Assembly (NCBI GenBank): GCA_024704765.1
Contig: JAKMXF010000323.1
Span: 292,403 to 356,402 of the forward strand
Length of the DNA: 64,000 bases
Direction of reading: 5' to 3'
Origin: Oopsacas minuta
Taxonomy: Eukaryota; Animalia; Porifera
The notes under the pieces were generated by a model, which saw only the letters and a program-made list of their open reading frames with translations, was not told the DNA's origin and ran no database searches. This document shows positions 60,394 to 64,000 of this stretch, piece by piece. The translations under genes were made by a program, and so were the position numbers. Position 1 is the first letter of the stretch; each line of letters starts with the position of its first letter.

Positions 60394-62867
60394 CAGTGAT
60401 GTTTTCCAAATTTTAGGAGTGGGGGAACGTTCTATTCTCCTCGGCGTGGAAAATGACGTAATAATTAAATTCAGATGTTAAAATACAGATATTATAACTA
60501 TACTACAACGAGGAATTACAATTTACGCCAACTACAATTTTGTTTGTTCTGTTCCAGTGATATATAAGAAAGCGTAAATTATCAGATCATGTGTATAGTA
60601 GTTCCCAAAGTAACTTCTTCGCTTCTCTCTTATATGTCAGTTTGGTTACTCTTGTGTTTTTTATTCTTTGGTCATCAGCTGTATGATGTTCTCTTAACCA
60701 TGATTTGGCATATTTATCTGGATTCCATGAGTCAATTTGTGGACCATATAACTTCATAATCATCAAGTGTGATACCCGATCACTGGGAAGACAATTTCTT
60801 GTAGAGGTGCCGATTAACTTCATATGACTAAATCCACACTCGCATTCAGCTGATGAAGTTGGAATACGAGAGCAACATCTCAGTAGAGGATAATGATCAT
60901 CAAGAACTCGTCGTCCTTGATTTTAACATAGTCTTGGAACGCATAGACTGTTGAATTTCTTGCGAGACAGAACCGATTACAAAGTGACCATACTTCTTCT
61001 ACGCCATAGTCAAAACAAATTCTTGAGGCCAATAGTCAGGGAAAAGAATACTAATTTCGTCAATTAGCTTCTTGTAGGCATGATGTGTTCGAACAGATCC
61101 AGCTGCATTCGTAGAAAACAGGCGATCTCTAATTGAATCAACAATTTGTCACTCAATTCGCCCGCAGCCAAACATATATGGCTACGATCCGAACCTAGAT
61201 GTATACTCCCAAATATCTCATCTTTGATTGAATCGTTGGCTATCATCATCTTCGATCCAATCTTATGCTTCAATGATCCGATGCTTCTTATGGATCTCCG
61301 AATGCATCTGTCGGCTTTGACAATTTTATTGAACGGCTTTATAGGTTTTCAGAAAGCTCGGGAGAGCTCAAAAAGAACATCATGCATGAGCGCCAAGTCC
61401 AAGATTTTGGAGATTGAATTCGTTTGTTTAAACCCTCGTACATTGGAGAATCTTTTTCTTCTCCACTATTTTAGTCTTGAAATGCACATAGAGTGCTTCA
61501 TAATTATTCCAGACTACATCACGGTTCGAAAACTACTAGTGACCCATCTCGTGCTCAGTACTTTCCCAATCTTAAGAAGTTGGGAATCTAGAGTTTCGCC
61601 AATTTCCTTGAACTCTCGCTTATTTTGGGTAAATGGCTGTATACTGAGTGCAATTTTTCAATGAAGATTTTTAAATGATAAATTACATTCAAATCTGCAA
61701 TGGCATCATTAACTGCCACTTCCAAGCGATGGTTCAAACAATTACGGAAAATCCTTCACAAGTAGCTCCATAACTCCTGATTTCCGTCCAGTTAAGACAC
61801 TGGCTACGTCAGAAGTAAAGCAATAAAATGTTTTTCCAAATAATCCATATCAAATGTATGCCTTTTCAAAGAAGCAACTTATGCGGAATGAATCTCTTTT
61901 GTACTCCCTCAATTTGCCCACTCAACCAAGCCCAAGAACAAGAACTGATGTTCCCTGGACTTTTCCAGTTGAGCTTTCAAATAGATTATAAGAGTTGAGA
62001 TGTCGGATATCGTGCAAGATTCATCAATGAGGATGGAAATTTTTCCCTGGTTTTGCTTAATAGTCTTGCTTATCGTAGAACGAATGTCATTGGTAATGTG
62101 ATCAATTATTGCAGTTGCAGAGAATCTTGAGTGTAATCAATCCCCATATCAATCCCATTTTGACTTTGCAAGTCAACCTAGCCTTGGCGATCTCCCAATT
62201 GTCTGTCATTCTTAGATATATAATAACATGTACGGAATAATCTCTTTTTGGATCCAAGTATTTGCTGCTCAAAACATCTACATGAGCAGACAAAATATTT
62301 TCTCTTGCAGGGTTATGATGTCTTTTGCCTTCATATGCGCATCTGGATGCAATTGCTTGAATATCTGTTCGTAGTGATGTAAGCTTAGCCTCTTTCGTGC
62401 TTCCGCCATTCCGGACTCAAGTAAACCCCTTGCGTTCGATGTAGACCTAAACCACTAATAGATGCACAGAAATCGTACCTAAGTCTCCCTCCTTTGTACA
62501 ATAGCCAAGGATAATCATGCTTTTCACATGCCACATTTCATTTGTCCACACTTCTGTAATTTCAGCCACCGTCGAGTGCGTTAAAATACTGGGTAACTAA
62601 TCATCGTTCATGTCGTTTGTTGTACTTCGCGTTTATTGGTTGCTTTCTGAAATTGAATTTTTATCTGAATTAATGTTGATTTAAGAATCCAATCATATTT
62701 GATTTCTTGAACATCTCGTAATTAAGAAAAAGCTAAAAATATTATGCATAATGTATATAGGTCTATGACTATTACAAGAATGCTGAACTTGCAAACAAAA
62801 TGTTAAACGAGTGAGACATTAGTGGGGGAAAGGTGTTCCCCCACGTTCCTCCAGGAAAACATCACTG
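60394..62867 (-). mobile_element. Degenerate hAT element (KIAA1586/ZNF862-like transposase)
   Basis: 14-bp TIR cagtgatgttttcc / ggaaaacatcactg; relic C-terminus SAECECGFSHM(K)...RVSHLMIMKLYGP..DSWNPDKYAKSWL; multiple stops; no clear TSD. Confidence 0.8.
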
Positions 62868-63690
62868 TGTCAGATAGATTTCTAGTTAAAATGGCTTAAT
62901 ACTCCTAGTTTCACTTAGGATCTAGGAGATAGCACTATAGTTATCACACCTGATATACTACACCAGGTTTTGCATCTGTGCCTGGTTATTTGATAAATTG
63001 ATATAGGTGACAAATTGAGGCGCATCGATTAGCTCAAATTATTGTGTCGTGATAGCTCTACTCAGTTTGAGTAAGTTTCGGTAGCCTACACATTGATTAC
63101 TATGGCTGTTGTCAATGGGATTTTTTAAGGAATAGTTTGTTTTGAAAATCATATCTCATTCGAATTCCAAACAACTTGCTAGACTGTTAGAAATCCATAA
63201 TACTGCCCATGGACCCATATCCCAAGCTGTGGACCTAATGTTGGGAAACAATATTCTAGTAGATGCAGGCCTTCCGCATAACAAGGATTCATCATAGACA
63301 GTATTGAATACCAGAATGCGAGAATCTTAGAGCATTGAACACTAGAATGCGAAACTCTTCTCAAGCCGATAATTATATCTTGTACTTTATTAACCCAAAA
63401 ACACATACAAAAGAAGCTAGAGATTCCATCTACTAAACATTACAATCTAGAAGATGTAAATGAATAAGAATGTTTCCACTTCACCCTTTCGGTAGCTATG
63501 GAAATCACGATTAGATGCAGTTTTTGACTATATCATCTAAAAATACAATTCACAGCTACGAATAACATCTTCTGAAGTATAAATAATCCACTTACACCTC
63601 AAGACAGCGGCGTCAGGTTCACTAAAATAATGGGGGGACCGTTGTAGTCCTTACTCATTTTAAGTTTACCTACGCAATTATAACACAGGT

Positions 63691-64000
63691 CATGATGTCT
63701 TTTGCTATATTTGTGATGAATATATGGCAAAGGAACATCGTTTTAATATTAGAGATGTCACCAAAATAGCTTATCAGGCTTACTTTGGTATTAAATTAGG
63801 CGATCAGGATAAGTCATGAAGCCCTCACAAAGTGTGTAAATATTGTACAGAAACCATCCGCCTATGGACCCAAGGAAAAGCCAAATCCATGAAGTTTGGG
63901 ATACCAATGGTTTGGCGAGAGCCTAAGAACCACCACGATGACTGCTACTTCTGCATGGTTAACATGTCTGGTCAACCGGCAGAAAAAGAATTCGTGGCAT
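63691..64000 (+). pseudogene. N-terminal fragment of a second Chapaev3-type transposase (one in-frame stop), runs off the window
   Basis: HDVFCYICDEY...AYFGIKLGDQDKS*SPHKVC...FGIPMVWREPKNHHDDCYFC, homologous to the 22347-24059 N-terminus. Confidence 0.85.

Noticed and set aside
57387-63406. Minus-strand ORFs (57387-57674, 58180-58461, 63179-63406) as KIF14 FHA or motor exons
   Set aside because: No FHA (HGDR, RFNHP) or kinesin motor motifs in the frames I translated; the upstream exons probably lie beyond 64000, though a short exon could have been missed.
1-64000. tRNA, rRNA, snRNA genes and telomeric arrays
   Set aside because: I saw no cloverleaf/T-loop, rRNA or tandem TTAGGG signatures by eye; tRNAscan-SE or Infernal would be needed to exclude diverged RNAs.

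Overview
AT-rich animal genomic DNA, probably from an invertebrate; the species cannot be determined from the sequence. It carries two host genes on the minus strand. One is an intronless NOSIP CDS (4758-5597). The other is the 3' part of a KIF14-like kinesin-3 gene: three exons (52213-52470, 38052-38264, 26780-28681) separated by introns of about 9.4 and 13.9 kb, with the motor and FHA exons apparently beyond the right edge. Almost everything else is DNA-transposon material. Three elements look intact, with TIRs, TSDs and open transposase ORFs: a Tigger/pogo DD29D element (11613-13689), a Chapaev3/CMC element (22095-24385) and a DUF4371/Tip100-type hAT (53201-56398). Degenerate elements include a THAP9-type P element nested in a Ty3/gypsy relic, two DD37D (maT) Tc1/mariner elements, several hAT relics (Ac/BED, Charlie/Buster and KIAA1586/ZNF862 types), a MULE relic and a second Chapaev3. 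There are also many MITEs and an unusually dense set of long foldback palindromes (1.5-10.4 kb). The best-supported unexpected structure is an inversion of about 5.2 kb (21507-26662). It splits a deletion-derivative hAT copy: the two halves are complementary, the 8-bp TSD appears as a reverse complement, and the junctions share AGG microhomology. One breakpoint lies about 117 bp downstream of the KIF14 stop codon. A near-perfect 95-nt intronic hairpin (33656-33750) is a small-RNA precursor candidate. I found no tRNA, rRNA, CRISPR array or prokaryotic system, and no clearly novel multi-gene system.
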